Positions 20,952 through 32,480 of a stretch of DNA of 33,024 nucleotides are shown here, piece after piece. Both the position numbers and the translations under genes were made by a program. Every line of letters starts with the position of its first letter. Position 1 is the stretch's first letter. This stretch comes from Octopus bimaculoides (taxonomy: Eukaryota), in the NCBI RefSeq assembly GCF_001194135.2, contig NC_068982.1:29758443-29791466 (forward strand), read 5' to 3'. Below the pieces are notes generated by a model that was given only the letters and a program-made list of their open reading frames with translations, made no database searches and was not told the origin of the DNA.

Positions 20952-21400
20952 GTATAAGTAAAAATAGCTTAAACATTGCACTAAGCCTAGGGTATCTGAC
21001 AGTATTATTTTCCCTTGCTCTAATAGTAACAGAGTACTTGAACTTGTTGTTGTGTTCACTCAGAATAGTTTGATCCAGCTCCTACCAACAAGCTTGCCAT
21101 GTCCCTCATGAATGCTAACAACATCCGACAGAGAATAAGCACATCAGAAAATGTTGATGCTGTAGCTGCAACCATTTGCTTTTGAAGTGTTGAGTTCATG
21201 TTCAGAGTTTCAGCAGGAACTCAAGTTTACATGTGGTCCCTGGTCACATGCATGCACACTCTGGGATAGTGTGATCCATAGCAGCTCGTCTTGCCATCAG
21301 TTGACAACCATTGAACAAGATTTACTGACCAAGTCACAACCACAGGCTAACCCTAACCCCAATAATTATTGGAGCAGATGTAGCCTGTGTCTGCGTTTTA

Positions 21401-21600
21401 CCTCCTGTTACCACCTGACAACCGGTGCTGGTGGGTTCAAGTCTCTATAACTTAGCAGTTCAGTAAAAGAGAACTGATAGAATAAGTACCAAACTTTAAA
21501 AAATTAAGTACTGGATGTCAGTACATTCAACTAAAAATTCTCGAAGGCAGAACCCCAGCTTGGCTGCAGTTTAATAACCGAAACAAGTATAAGAAAAAAA
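21401..21600 (+). mobile_element. Diverged SINE A 3' half
   Basis: GACAACCGGTGCTGGTG...GATAGAATAAGTACCA...GAAACAAGTATAAG. Confidence 0.7.
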
Positions 21601-21689
21601 AAAAAATGATAGCAGACATTTAAGTATTGTATTAACAAATGAAGGCAGAAATTCAGATGTCAAGTAAACTTACTCTCTCTCTCTCTTGC

Positions 21690-21785
21690 TTTTACTCTTT
21701 TACTTGTTTCAGTCATTTGACTGTGGCCATGCTGGAGCACCGCCTTTAGTCAAGAAAATCAACCCCAGGATTTATTCTTTGTAAG
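21690..21785 (-). mobile_element. SINE A tail running into a gap
   Basis: TTTTACTCTTTTACTTGTTTCAGTCATTTGACTGTGGCCATGCTGGAGCACCGCC. Confidence 0.9.
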
Positions 21786-22494
21786 NNNNNNNNNNNNNNN
21801 NNNNNNNNNNNNNNNNNNNNNNNNNNNNNNNNNNNNNNNNNNNNNNNNNNNNNNNNNNNNNNNNNNNNNNNNNNNNNNNNNNNNNNNNNNNNNNNNNNNN
21901 NNNNNNNNNNNNNNNNNNNNNNNNNNNNNNNNNNNNNNNNNNNNNNNNNNNNNNNNNNNNNNNNNNNNNNNNNNNNNNNNNNNNNNNNNNNNNNNNNNNN
22001 NNNNNNNNNNNNNNNNNNNNNNNNNNNNNNNNNNNNNNNNNNNNNNNNNNNNNNNNNNNNNNNNNNNNNNNNNNNNNNNNNNNNNNNNNNNNNNNNNNNN
22101 NNNNNNNNNNNNNNNNNNNNNNNNNNNNNNNNNNNNNNNNNNNNNNNNNNNNNNNNNNNNNNNNNNNNNNNNNNNNNNNNNNNNNNNNNNNNNNNNNNNN
22201 NNNNNNNNNNNNNNNNNNNNNNNNNNNNNNNNNNNNNNNNNNNNNNNNNNNNNNNNNNNNNNNNNNNNNNNNNNNNNNNNNNNNNNNNNNNNNNNNNNNN
22301 NNNNNNNNNNNNNNNNNNNNNNNNNNNNNNNNNNNNNNNNNNNNNNNNNNNNNNNNNNNNNNNNNNNNNNNNNNNNNNNNNNNATGGATTGCAGATTAAA
22401 TTTGTATACGCAAATTAAATCTAGCCATGGAGGAATGTAGTGGCGGACAAAAAACAAGACAGGAAAACAAACAGAAAAGGCTTTACGGCCAGAC

Positions 22495-22532
<38 letters not shown>

Positions 22533-22540
22533 CATATATA

Positions 22541-22704
22541 CAACAGGCTTCTTTCAGTTTCCGTCTACCAAATCCACTCACAAGGCTTTGGTCAGCCCGA
22601 GGCTATAGTAGAAGACACTTGCCCAAGGTGCCACGCAGTGGGACTGAACCTGGAACCATGTGGTTGGTAAGCAAGCTACTTACCACACAGCCACTCCTGC
22701 ACCT
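22541..22704 (-). mobile_element. SINE A head, young copy
   Basis: Near-identical to 8893-9053. Confidence 0.92.
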
Positions 22705-23903
22705 ATACTTGTGAATATTGTCCTTACTTCTTCTTAGCATCAGCTATTACATTTATGCTTATTAAAATTTTGCTCAGTTTACATAGTAAATGCACATTTG
22801 TCAGTTCTCTAACACCTCTTCAATAGCTGTGGGTGTTAAGCATTCACAGGTTGTTATTAGACAATTTGGTATCAAAATGGTCACAGAACACAGAAAAATG
22901 ATGCAGCTGAAATACTCAGTCAAATATTGCCACAACCAAGGCTTTCTCTACGTATTTTAAAATGAAGTTAAGCTAAAATATTTCAAGATATTAAAATACT
23001 ATAACACTAATTATGAATAATATAAGTAGTCTATTTATTGAATGTGAAAAAAAAAAAAAGCAACAAAAGCTACAGCATTTGAACAGACAGACGTTAAAGG
23101 GTGATGATGATGACGAAGATGATGACGCCGACGATGATGTTGATGCTGATGAGGAAACACATAATATGTATATATGCATACATCTCTCTCTTTCNNNNNN
23201 NNNNTGTATATATATATATATATATATATATATGCATATATATATATATATATATACATATGTATGTGCATGCACGTTCTTAATATCTTGCAAGTCCAGC
23301 TTCAGAAAATGTTTTGTTCTTTGCTTGCAAGGGTTTTCTGCACTCTAAGCTTAGCACACGAACAATAATTAGTTTCTTGATTCTTTTTCAAAAAAGATGA
23401 AAATAAACCCTAAAATCAAACAAAACCACTTGTATAGTCATTAGTGACAATATGCAATTTACTTCAAAAACAATAAATACACTCCATTCTGACTTAAATA
23501 ACAGATAATATACTGCATCACCATTTAGCAGTTATTCCACATTCCCACTCACCCACCTTTGTTAAATTTGCCACCCAACAACATAGTTTTCATCCAATGG
23601 AAGTAATTTTCATGCCACTAGTTAAGCCAGTTCTACGTGTTTGATGTTTGTTATAGGGTTGTTTTGTTTTTTCCTTTTAGTTATTGGTAGAGTGTTTAGT
23701 ATTCTAACAAACCTTCAAATAGCAAAGATGGCGACCCCTTAACACATCTGCCTCCCTTCTATAAATCATGACATGCCATCATTAATATGCCACTCTGTCA
23801 TCCTACAAAAAAACCCTCTACTCGACACTGTTCATTTTTTTTTACCCCCCAATCTTCGTCATTTGTTTTTTTTTTTTGTGAATTCTCCCCCTATATATAT
23901 ATA

Positions 23904-24058
23904 GGCGCAGGAGTGGCTATGTGGTAAGTAGCTTGCTTATCAACCACATGGTTCCAGGTTCAGTCCCACTGTGTGACACCTTGGGAAAGTGCCTGTTACT
24001 ATAGCCTCGGGCCAACCAAAGCCTTATGAGTAGATCTGGTAGACGGAAACTAAAAGAA
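23904..24058 (+). mobile_element. SINE A head running into a gap
   Basis: GGCGCAGGAGTGGCTATGTGGTAAG...GGTTCAGTCCCAC...ACCTTGGGAAAGTG. Confidence 0.92.
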
Positions 24059-24689
24059 NNNNNNNNNNNNNNNNNNNNNNNNNNNNNNNNNNNNNNNNNN
24101 NNNNNNNNNNNNNNNNNNNNNNNNNNNNNNNNNNNNNNNNNNNNNNNNNNNNNNNNNNNNNNNNNNNNNNNNNNNNNNNNNNNNNNNNNNNNNNNNNNNN
24201 NNNNNNNNNNNNNNNNNNNNNNNNNNNNNNNNNNNNNNNNNNNNNNNNNNNNNNNNNNNNNNNNNNNNNNNNNNNNNNNNNNNNNNNNNNNNNNNNNNNN
24301 NNNNNNNNNNNNNNNNNNNNNNNNNNNNNNNNNNNNNNNNNNNNNNNNNNNNNNNNNNNNNNNNNNNNNNNNNNNNNNNNNNNNNNNNNNNNNNNNNNNN
24401 NNNNNNNNNNNNNNNNNNNNNNNNNNNNNNNNNNNNNNNNNNNNNNNNNNNNNNNNNNNNNNNNNNNNNNNNNNNNNNNNNNNNNNNNNNNNNNNNNNNN
24501 NNNNNNNNNNNNNNNNNNNNNNNNNNNNNNNNNNNNNNNNNNNNNNNNNNNNNNNNNNNNNNNNNNNNNNNNNNNNNNNNNNNNNNNNNNNNNNNNNNNN
24601 NNNNNNNNNNNNNNNNNNNNNNNNNNNNNNNNNNNNNNNNNNNNNNNNNNNNNNNNNNNNNNNNNNNNNNNNNNNNNNNNNNNNNNNNN

Positions 24690-24754
24690 ATACTAATACA
24701 TCTGTTTGTTTTCTACACCACCTGTCTTCGTCTGTTGTTTTGTTTGTGAATTCT

Positions 24755-24770
<16 letters not shown>
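24690..24770. repeat. Unclassified interspersed repeat end, also at 23855-23895
   Basis: Shared CTTCGTC...TTTGTGAATTCTCCC(C)TATATATA at both sites. Confidence 0.6.
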
Positions 24771-24796
<26 letters not shown>

Positions 24797-24804
24797 ATAA
24801 GTAT

Positions 24805-24877
24805 ATTAAAAGAGGACCCTGGGAAAACTCCTTTAAATAAAAGGGGTTCTTGGTAGCGAAAAGTTTGGGAACCACTG
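24805..24877. mobile_element. hAT (Charlie/MER5-like) MITE end fragment
   Basis: Ends AAAAGTTTGGGAACCACTG, the typical hAT-Charlie terminus; no partner end found. Confidence 0.5.
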
Positions 24878-24919
24878 AACTAGGTGATGGATTAAACTTA
24901 ACACCCAAGTTAGGCCATG

Positions 24920-25003
24920 ATAGGATTTGAATTCAGAATGCAAAGAACCAAAACAGTACCAAGACCTCTGGTCTGACATTCTTACAGTTCGGCAAAAGAC
25001 TGC
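24920..25003 (-). mobile_element. SINE B head fragment
   Basis: GGATTTGAATTCAGAATGCAAAG is the reverse complement of the B-box region. Confidence 0.5.
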
Positions 25004-25004
25004 C

Positions 25005-25220
25005 AACTGACAGAATGAATGGTTAGCACACTGGACAAAATTCTCTGTGGCATTTCATCTGCCTTTACATTCTGAGTTCAAATTTTGCCAAGGTCGACTT
25101 TGCCTTAAATCCTTTCAGGGTTAATGAAATAAGTGCTGGTTGCGTACTGGAAGTGATCTAAATTGAATAGCTCTCACCCCATAAAATTTCAGGCCTTGTG
25201 CCTATAATAGAAAGGATTAT
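25005..25220 (+). mobile_element. SINE family B copy
   Basis: TTCTGAGTTCAAATTTTGCCAAGGTCGACTTTGCC...TTTCAGGCCTTGTGCCTATAATAGAAAGGATTATT. Confidence 0.82.
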
Positions 25221-25244
25221 TGTTATCATTATTATTATTATTAT

Positions 25245-25712
25245 GATGATTATTATTATTGAGTGAGAGAGCAGTGCATGCCATCAAAGTGACACTGGGG
25301 TAAAAATATACGAAGCCCATTATACCCATCATGACTACCCATCTGATTAGGGTACACCAGGCACATGCATCACAACCATATGTGCGCGACATAGTGATCT
25401 CATATCAAAATAATCAGTACATGACCTTGCAGTGGGGCCCAGTTAGAATTTTCTTCAGGTCGAGTAGCCCATCCCGCTCAAAAGGTCCCTGAATAAGATT
25501 TGTTTAAGGATGTTGCGCAAAAGGTTGTTTCCAAAGGTGAATTATTCAAACCCCAAAGAATTCCTCTCAATGCATGGCTATGATGCCCCCCCCCAACTAC
25601 TTCTCCTCATGATCAGAGATGCACATATCATCAGCCACCAAGGGACATGCTCAACTGGTTAAGGTCAAACAACTGACAAGCAAATCTGTGGTATTAAGCA
25701 GAATATTTGCCA
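25245..25712 (-). mobile_element. Unclassified retroposon-like 3' end with (AAT)n tail
   Basis: GC-richer block ending on the minus strand in CTCTCTCACTCAATAATAAT; recalled as an abundant octopus repeat; single copy in this window. Confidence 0.45.
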
Positions 25713-25980
25713 TTGTTAAAATTATAGGCTTATGCTATGCTCTTTTTATCTTTTTAGTTTCATACCTCTTGGTTCTGGGATCAAATCATTCGGGAGTTAA
25801 TTTTTATTTTAACTCTCAAGACTGTAAGTTGTTGTATCATTGCTGGTAGGTACCAGCACAAATGTCACCTTCAAGGCTGGTACCTCTTCCTAGTCAATTG
25901 GCTTGCTAACAATAGTGACCAAATATTCCCTCAGCTGTTTCACCAAAAAAATAATAGAATTTTTCATTTATTTATTTATT

Positions 25981-26200
25981 TTTTTTACTTGTTTCAGTCA
26001 TTTGATCATGGCCATGTTGGGGCCCTGCCTTAAAGGGTTAAGTCAAACGAATTGACCCCTGTACTTATTTTCAAACCTGGTTCATACTCTATCTGTCATT
26101 TCTTGCTGAACTGCTAGGTTATGGGGACATAAACAAACCAACACTGGTTGTCAGGTGGCAATGGAAGACAAACACATAGAACACACATATATATAGATAT
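25981..26200 (-). mobile_element. Diverged SINE A 3' half
   Basis: TACTTGTTTCAGTCATTTGATCATGGCCATGTTGGGGC...GGGGACATAAACAAACCAACACTGGTTGTCA. Confidence 0.78.
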
Positions 26201-26429
26201 ACATATATACACCTATAATTTATGATAATACCTATCTATGTATGTGTGTGTGTGTTTATATAAATATATACTTTTACTTATTTTAGACATTGGTCTGCAG
26301 CCATACTGGAGCACTATTTTGATTTCTATTTAACAAACTACTAAGTTATGGGACACAAACAAAGCAGACTGAGATTTTGAGTTATATTAATGCAAAGACA
26401 GGCATGGAGACACTCCAACAGACAGACAC

Positions 26430-26430
26430 T

Positions 26431-26467
<37 letters not shown>

Positions 26468-26830
26468 ACACACACACACACAAACACATAAAACACATAC
26501 ACACACGCACGCACGCACACACACATACACACACATACACACATGCACACACATACACACACATACACACATGCACACAAACACACAAACACACAAACAC
26601 ACAAACACACACACACACACACACACACTGAAATTAAGATCACATTGTTATGATTGAAACCTTTTAAACACACAGCTGTGCATGCGACAATGATGTATAT
26701 GCATTATTACATATCTGTATAAATAATCACACATATATGTGAGTATGTGTGTGTGTGTATATATATATATATATGTATATATACACTACACACATTCGCA
26801 AATATGTATATGTGTGTGTGTGTGGGTGTA
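26430..26830. repeat. CA-rich and TA/TG microsatellites
   Basis: Read directly. Confidence 0.93.
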
Positions 26831-27307
26831 TGTGTGCCCCCATCTGATTGTCCTATAACTGTTATGGCCTTCTATTATTCTACCTGGTAATCTTCTAACC
26901 TATTCATTCATTCATTTTTGTGCACTCACGTGCACACATACACCCAATACACGCTCTCAGTAGTAGGTGCTTAACCTCTCCTACACATGCATTACACATC
27001 CACTTTAACATGTATACACACACACACACTCGCATGGATACATATACAATCAGATATTGACAGCCGGATAAATTAATCAATAAATACATATTTCACCAGT
27101 AACCACCAGTAAACAGCTGCTCGCTAAGCTGACACCAGTGCCTACTTTCAACATATGTTTTGTGTACACTATTATATAGAAAATTTACCATGTCATATCT
27201 CTATTTTAATAACTACTGTTCAACCATTTTACATCATCTCGATACTATAACTCACAAGCTCTTCAAGACTTGCCACTCTCTTTTATGACTGTTTCTGGTA
27301 ACCACTG

Positions 27308-27526
27308 TAGGAGGGGATTCTGAAAAGTTCATAGTTTTGGGTAAAAGAAAATACAGGAAGATCAGTTAATTAGGATCTTTTTTCAACATATTCCCCTCTC
27401 AGATTCACACCCTTATTGCAGTAGTTCTTCAGTTTCTCTAAGCCCCATAAAAGAAGGCAGAAAGTTGGGCCTCCAACCAGGCCTTTCACGATAACCTTAA
27501 GGCCAGGAACTTAGCACTCCCTCGTA
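27308..27526 (-). mobile_element. Mariner-derived MITE, copy 3 of 3
   Basis: TAGGAGGGGATTCTGAAAAGTTC / GGCCAGGAACTTAGCACTCCCTCGTA; interior TTCAACATATTCCCCTCTCAGATTCACAC is the reverse complement of the copy 1 interior. Confidence 0.82.
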
Positions 27527-27874
27527 CAATGTTTCAATAGATACACACATATTTCAGTTAGCCTCGTTAACTGTATACCCTCTTAGTTCTGTGTTCAAAT
27601 CCAGTCTGAATTAGTTGACTTTCATCATTTTTTTTTTTAACTTTTACTTTTTCCTTTTCAATTTAGTCATGGGACAGGCCATGCTGGGACACGACTTTGA
27701 AAGGTTTAATCTAGTGTTTCTCTACCATTTTGTTACCTATGGACCCCTTTGATTTCTCTTTTATTCAGATGGACCCCATAGCCATTTGATGCTTTAAAAA
27801 TTTTATTTTTTTAGAATTAAACATTATTAGGAATTGTATAAAAAAAAATTTGGCAAGGTATTTTGTGTATTGTA

Positions 27875-28486
27875 GATGCAAGTGTGGCTGTGTAGTAAGA
27901 AGTGGCGAGCTGGTAGAAACGTTAGCACGCCAGGCGAAATGCTTAGCGGCATTTCGTCTGTCTTTACGTTCTGAGTTCAAATTCCGCCGAGGTAGACTTT
28001 GCCTTTCATCCTTTCGGGGTCGATAAATTAAGTACCAGTGAAACACTGAGAGTCGATGTAATCGACTTAATCCCTTTGTCTGTCCTTGTTTGTCCCCTCT
28101 ATGTTTAGCCCCTTGAGGGCAATAAAGAAATAAGAAGCTTGCTTCCCAACCACATGGTTTCAGATTCAGTTCTATTGTGTGGCACCTTGGGCAAGTGTCT
28201 TCTACTATAGCCTCAGGCCAACCAAAGCCTTGTGAGTGGGTTTGGTAAATGGAGACTGAAAGAAGTCTGTCATGTGTGTGTGTGTGTGTGTGTGTTACTG
28301 TTTGTCCTCCCACCACTGCTTGACAACTGATGCTGGTGGGTTTACATTCCCCTAACTTAGTGGTTCATTAAAAGAGACTGGTAGAATAAGTACCAGGCTA
28401 AGTACTGGGGTTGGTTCATTTGACTAAAAATTCTTCAAGGAGGTGCCCCAGCATGGCCGCAGTCTAATGACTGAAACAAATAAAAC
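27875..28486 (+). mobile_element. SINE A with a SINE B inserted in its tRNA head
   Basis: Head GATGCAAGTGTGGCTGTGTAGTAAGAAG resumes as CTTGCTTCCCAACCACATGG after the insert. Confidence 0.9.
27903..28130 (+). mobile_element. SINE family B, young full-length copy with TAAGAAG TSD
   Basis: GGCGAGCTGGTAGAA...CTGAGTTCAAATTCCGCC...CTTTGCCTTTCATCCTTTCGGGGTCGATAAATTAAGTACCAG; TAAGAAG at 27896-27902 and 28131-28137. Confidence 0.92.
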
Positions 28487-29299
28487 AGCAAAATCTTATA
28501 TGGACCCCCAAGGGCTATAGGGACCCTGGTTGATAACCACTGGTTTAGTCAAACAAACAAGTCTCAACGTCTTTTGCCAAATTGATGAGTTACAAAGACG
28601 TAAAGAAACCAACATTTGTTGTCAAGCGATGAATAGAAGACAAACACAAATACAATGACGCACACATACATATATATATATACATACACATATCCATACA
28701 TGCACATATACACATTCACACTTACACACACTCACACACATATGTTGGGCTTCCACACAGTTTCTGTCTGCCAAATTTATCTACAAAGCATCGATTGACT
28801 TGGAGCGATAGTAGAAGACACTTGACCCAGGTGCTCTGCATTAGGACTGAACTCAGAGCTATGTAGTTATAAGGCAAGCTTCTTAACCACATGGTCATGC
28901 CTACACCCCACCACCACCACCACCACCACCACTTTTTTTTAAAATTTTGTTTTGTTTACTCTTTTAGTGAGGAGGGAAGGCAGTGGCCATGATTTTTGGC
29001 AAGGCCTCTGAGTTTGGTGGTGGGGAGAGAGAAAGCTTTCTTCAAACTAATGATCTTGCTTGAAGCTTCCAAAGGAATGAACAGTGCAAAATAGGCACCC
29101 AGGGACCAGGATCAAATTTACCTCCCATGTAGGGCCAGGGCAGGATTTAAATATAGAATGCAAAGAGCCAGAACAAAACCAAGAATAAAAAGGAGTTTGC
29201 TTAAGACCCTGACTTAGTAAAAAGCAAAGTTGCAGAGGCATTGAAAACAGTTCAAAACCAACATGACCTGGGAGAGGAAGGCCTTCCTCTTCTTTCACA

Positions 29300-29722
29300 T
29301 AAACATCATAATCATGATCATCGTTGTCATCATCATCGTCGTCGTCATTGTCGTCATTGTCATCATCATCATCATCATCATCACCATCATAATTTAATGT
29401 CTGCTGTCCATGCTGGCTTGGGTTGGACAGTTTGACCAGGGCTGGAAAGCTAAGGGGCTGCACCAAACTCCTGTCTGATTTGGCATGGTTTCTATGGTTG
29501 GATGCCCTTTCTAATGCCAACCCCTCCAAGAGTGTAATAGGTGCTTTTGCTTGCCACCAGTTTGAGTGCCAATTGTGTGACACCAGTATCTGTCACAACT
29601 ATGATTTCACTTGGCTTGATGGTACTTCTTCTCAAGCATGGCATATTGCCAAGGGTCTCGGTCATTTGTCATTGTCTCTGTGAGGTCCGATGCTTGAAAG
29701 GTGCTTTTTATATGCCACCAAC
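29300..29722 (-). mobile_element. Family C retroposon 3' end with (CAT)n tail
   Basis: TTTAATGTCTGCTGTCCATGCTGGCTTGGGTTGGA...GGTTGGATGCCCTTTCTAATGCCAACC...GGTGCTTTTTATATGCCACC. Confidence 0.78.
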
Positions 29723-29867
29723 ACAGATGCTATTTGCACAACAGCTGAGAGAGAGAGCTGAGAGAGGGGCAAGGATCCAACTGGAGAGAAACAGAAAAAG
29801 ACAGTCCAGAATTGATAATAGTGAAGGAAAGTTGTTAATGGCCTATGTTTCTTAGAGAGTGAATGGC

Positions 29868-30096
29868 TTAACCCATTGGCATTTAAACCAAGCACATCTG
29901 GCTCAAATAGCCCACCCACTTTCTGTTCAAACCAGTCAGGATCTGGCCTTACAAAAATACACTACACTGTCATGCTAAAACTAAACAATCACATCATCAA
30001 AATTTCAAAGATAGGAGGTAATGCATGATTAATTTCAAACAGGGTGAATAAATAAGCATTGCATTCGACCAAATAACCCAAAAGCTGAAGGGTTAA
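29868..30096. mobile_element. piggyBac-like MITE family D, copy 2
   Basis: TTAACCCATTGGCATTT / AAAGCTGAAGGGTTAA; interior homologous to 10173-10367. Confidence 0.7.
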
Positions 30097-30384
30097 ATAT
30101 GTAAATGCAGAAATGCTATTGGCATGACTTCACTTGATTCAGGGTCAATTCAGCAGAGTTGATACTGTTGTAAGTATTTAGGGTCAATCCTCATTCAGGT
30201 TTTCCTGCAGATATTTATATGCAGATGTTCAGGTTGGGCTTCAACTACATCAATTTCCCCAGTGTGTGAGTATGTGTAAAATTCATGGATACTGCTTCTC
30301 TGCTTCATCTAACTACCTCATCAAATAGAGTTCAATTGATCAATTTACTTTTCAATCAATTTGTGGCTGAGTGCCATAGTGAGA

Positions 30385-30590
30385 AATTGATTGGCAAAGA
30401 ACCACACTGAATGCCTTGTGGTATTTAGTTACATCCCTTTTATTCCAGATTTCAAATCTTTTACCTCAAGTCAATTACATAAGTACCAGTCAAGTAATGG
30501 GGTGAAGGAGAGGAAGGGGAGTAACCAACTCCACCTCCTATCCACTCTTAATAAATTTATGGCCTCATATGATTGTGAGAAATTATTATT
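30385..30590 (+). mobile_element. Highly diverged SINE B
   Basis: GAATGCCTTGTGGTATTT...AGATTTCAAAT...ATAAGTACCAGT...TTTATGGCCTCAT. Confidence 0.5.
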
Positions 30591-31942
30591 ACATCTGCTT
30601 TGATCATCATTAATTACATTTTGTTTTAACCAATTAATGGCAACCTGAAGCTATACAAAAGCAACTGATATAAATCATCTCATTAAGCAATTATTCATCT
30701 GGTTAATATGGAAACATAGTGCAGGAACTTTGTCGAGGCCAGTGTTATATTAGTGCCATATAATTCAAACAAGAGCCTACTGTGAACCATATATTACCTT
30801 ATCCATTAAACGCATGTATTGTTGGTAGCCATTAAGCAAACCTCCTTCTCTTCCTTGTAAGGAACTTACAGATTCCAAAGAGAGGAAGAGGAATATGTTC
30901 CTGAATTATAATTGCCACCCAATGCCAGCAATAAGAACAATAAAATTTTAGTGAGCAGCCCCCTTTATGGATGCATTATCTTACAATTATTATGAGGGGA
31001 AAACACCTGCTTTTGACTGAAGCAAAACTTTCCTGGCATATATCTTCTAATTAATAATTGTGCTGATATTATATGATGCAAATTAACTCTTATTTCCGTT
31101 GTATGCGAACAGATATATCAGATGAGAAGTATTTCCTTCCTTTTGTATATATATATGACATTAAGGAAGGCAGTCAATACATCGTGACATACTTCTATGA
31201 TTAATGGAGGTGATAGGATACTTGTAAAATTTCAGCGTAGTTTAACTTCATTTCTCTTACACAGTTTACCTCTAAATCAGGGAAAATCGTGATAGCTGAC
31301 TGTATAGTGTTGACCTTTTGAATAAAGTTATGAGATCACATTTTGTCGCTGGCACAATGGTGTACTCTTGACAGAGTATTAAACTTATCTTTTTGCCCAA
31401 CTTTCTTGCCAAGAGCAAGAGAAAGAGAGAGAGGGGGAGGGGGTAAAAGGAGAAAAGGACAGAATATGATGCAATGATAGAACAGCAAAAGTAATTGGAA
31501 CTTGATGAGTGATTTACTAGTCTGCTGTATCAAAATTGAATCTCCTCACACAGTAAATAACCGAACCACTAAAATCCATGTTTATCTGTTTGTTTCTGAA
31601 TGTAGATATGCTATATATCATATCTGTATTGCAACATATTCTAAATGTATAGAAAATTGATTGTTGCATAATGCATTTACCTGCTGCAATGCATGCAAAC
31701 ATAAATATTTTCCTGATAATGCTGCACTCAGAATATACATGATTGTTTTATTTTCATTTTATTATATACCTAAATCCTCTATATACATCTGGAAAATGTC
31801 ATATATATTTTCCTAGAATTTACAAATTACAGGAAAATCTTACATCAAATTTCTAAAGCAGTTTTCTATTCTAATTTTTGTTGGAATATAAGTAATGTTC
31901 CAGTTGATAAAACCAATATATTTTCTCCAAATAAATAATGCT

Positions 31943-32480
31943 TGACAGAATTGTTAGAGCATCAGACAAAATGTTGAGTAGTGTTTCTTCCAGATCCTTA
32001 CATTGTGTGTTCAAATGCTGCTGAGGTCAACCTTGCCTTTCATCCTTTAAGGGTTGGTAAAACAAAGAACCAGCCATATTAACTAAATGGAAAGTGCAGC
32101 AAGCTGGTAGAGTCGTTAGCACAGCAGGTGAAATGCTTAGCAGTGTTTTGTCCATCTTTATGATCTGAGTTCAAATTCTGCCAAGGTCGACTTTGCCTTT
32201 CATCATTTCAGGGTCAATAAAATAAGTATCAGTGGAGCACTGGGGTTAATGCAATCAACTAGCCCCTACCCTAAAGCTTCAGGCCTCATGCCTATAATAG
32301 AAAGGGCTGGCAAGATGGCAAAATCTTTACCACACCAAACAAAATGCTTAACATTCTCAGTTCAAATGCTATGAAGACTGATTTTGTCTTTTATCCATTT
32401 GGGGTCAATAAAATTGGTATCAGTTGAACTCTGGGTCAATATAATCAACTTCCTTCTCCTCTTAAAATTGCTGGCCTTTT
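31943..32480 (+). mobile_element. Three head-to-tail SINE B copies (31943-32073, 32092-32306, 32307-32480)
   Basis: Three GTTCAAAT B-box motifs, each followed by TTTGCCTTTCATC / TTTGTCTTTTATC and GGGTCAATAAAAT-like blocks. Confidence 0.8.

Larger units (their letters stand above)
27712..28542. mobile_element. hAT (Charlie-like) MITE with 8-bp TSD, hosting SINE A and SINE B
   Basis: TIRs TAGTGTTTCTCTACC / GGTTGATAACCACTG; TSD GTTTAATC (27704-27711) and GTTTAGTC (28543-28550); subterminal ATGGACCCC repeats. Confidence 0.82.
27640..28906 (-). mobile_element. Old SINE A split by a hAT MITE (pieces 27640-27711 and 28543-28906)
   Basis: Tail (GGCCATGCTGGGACAC) before the MITE; remainder (CTTTTGCC...GTTGTCAAGCGATG...GTAGAAGACACTTGACCCAGGTG...) after it. 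Confidence 0.7.

Noticed and set aside
21347-21359. (TAACCC)2 telomere-like motif
   Set aside because: Only two units; chance level.
23146-23158. CTGATGAGGAAAC hammerhead-like core
   Set aside because: No room for stem II between CUGAUGA and GAAA; lies at the end of a (GAT)n tract.
23904-23975. tRNA-like sequences with A and B boxes (also 7410, 15698, 18709, 27903)
   Set aside because: They continue into SINE bodies and lack a complete cloverleaf; SINE heads, not tRNA genes.
19701-24856. Longest ORFs in the track (172-276 aa)
   Set aside because: Made mostly of X from N gaps.
27765-28316. 183-aa minus-strand ORF
   Set aside because: Antisense read-through of the nested SINE A and SINE B.
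29273-29290. Perfect 18-bp palindrome AGAGGAAGGCCTTCCTCT
   Set aside because: About 0.1 such palindromes are expected by chance in 33 kb (33000/4^9); no supporting context.
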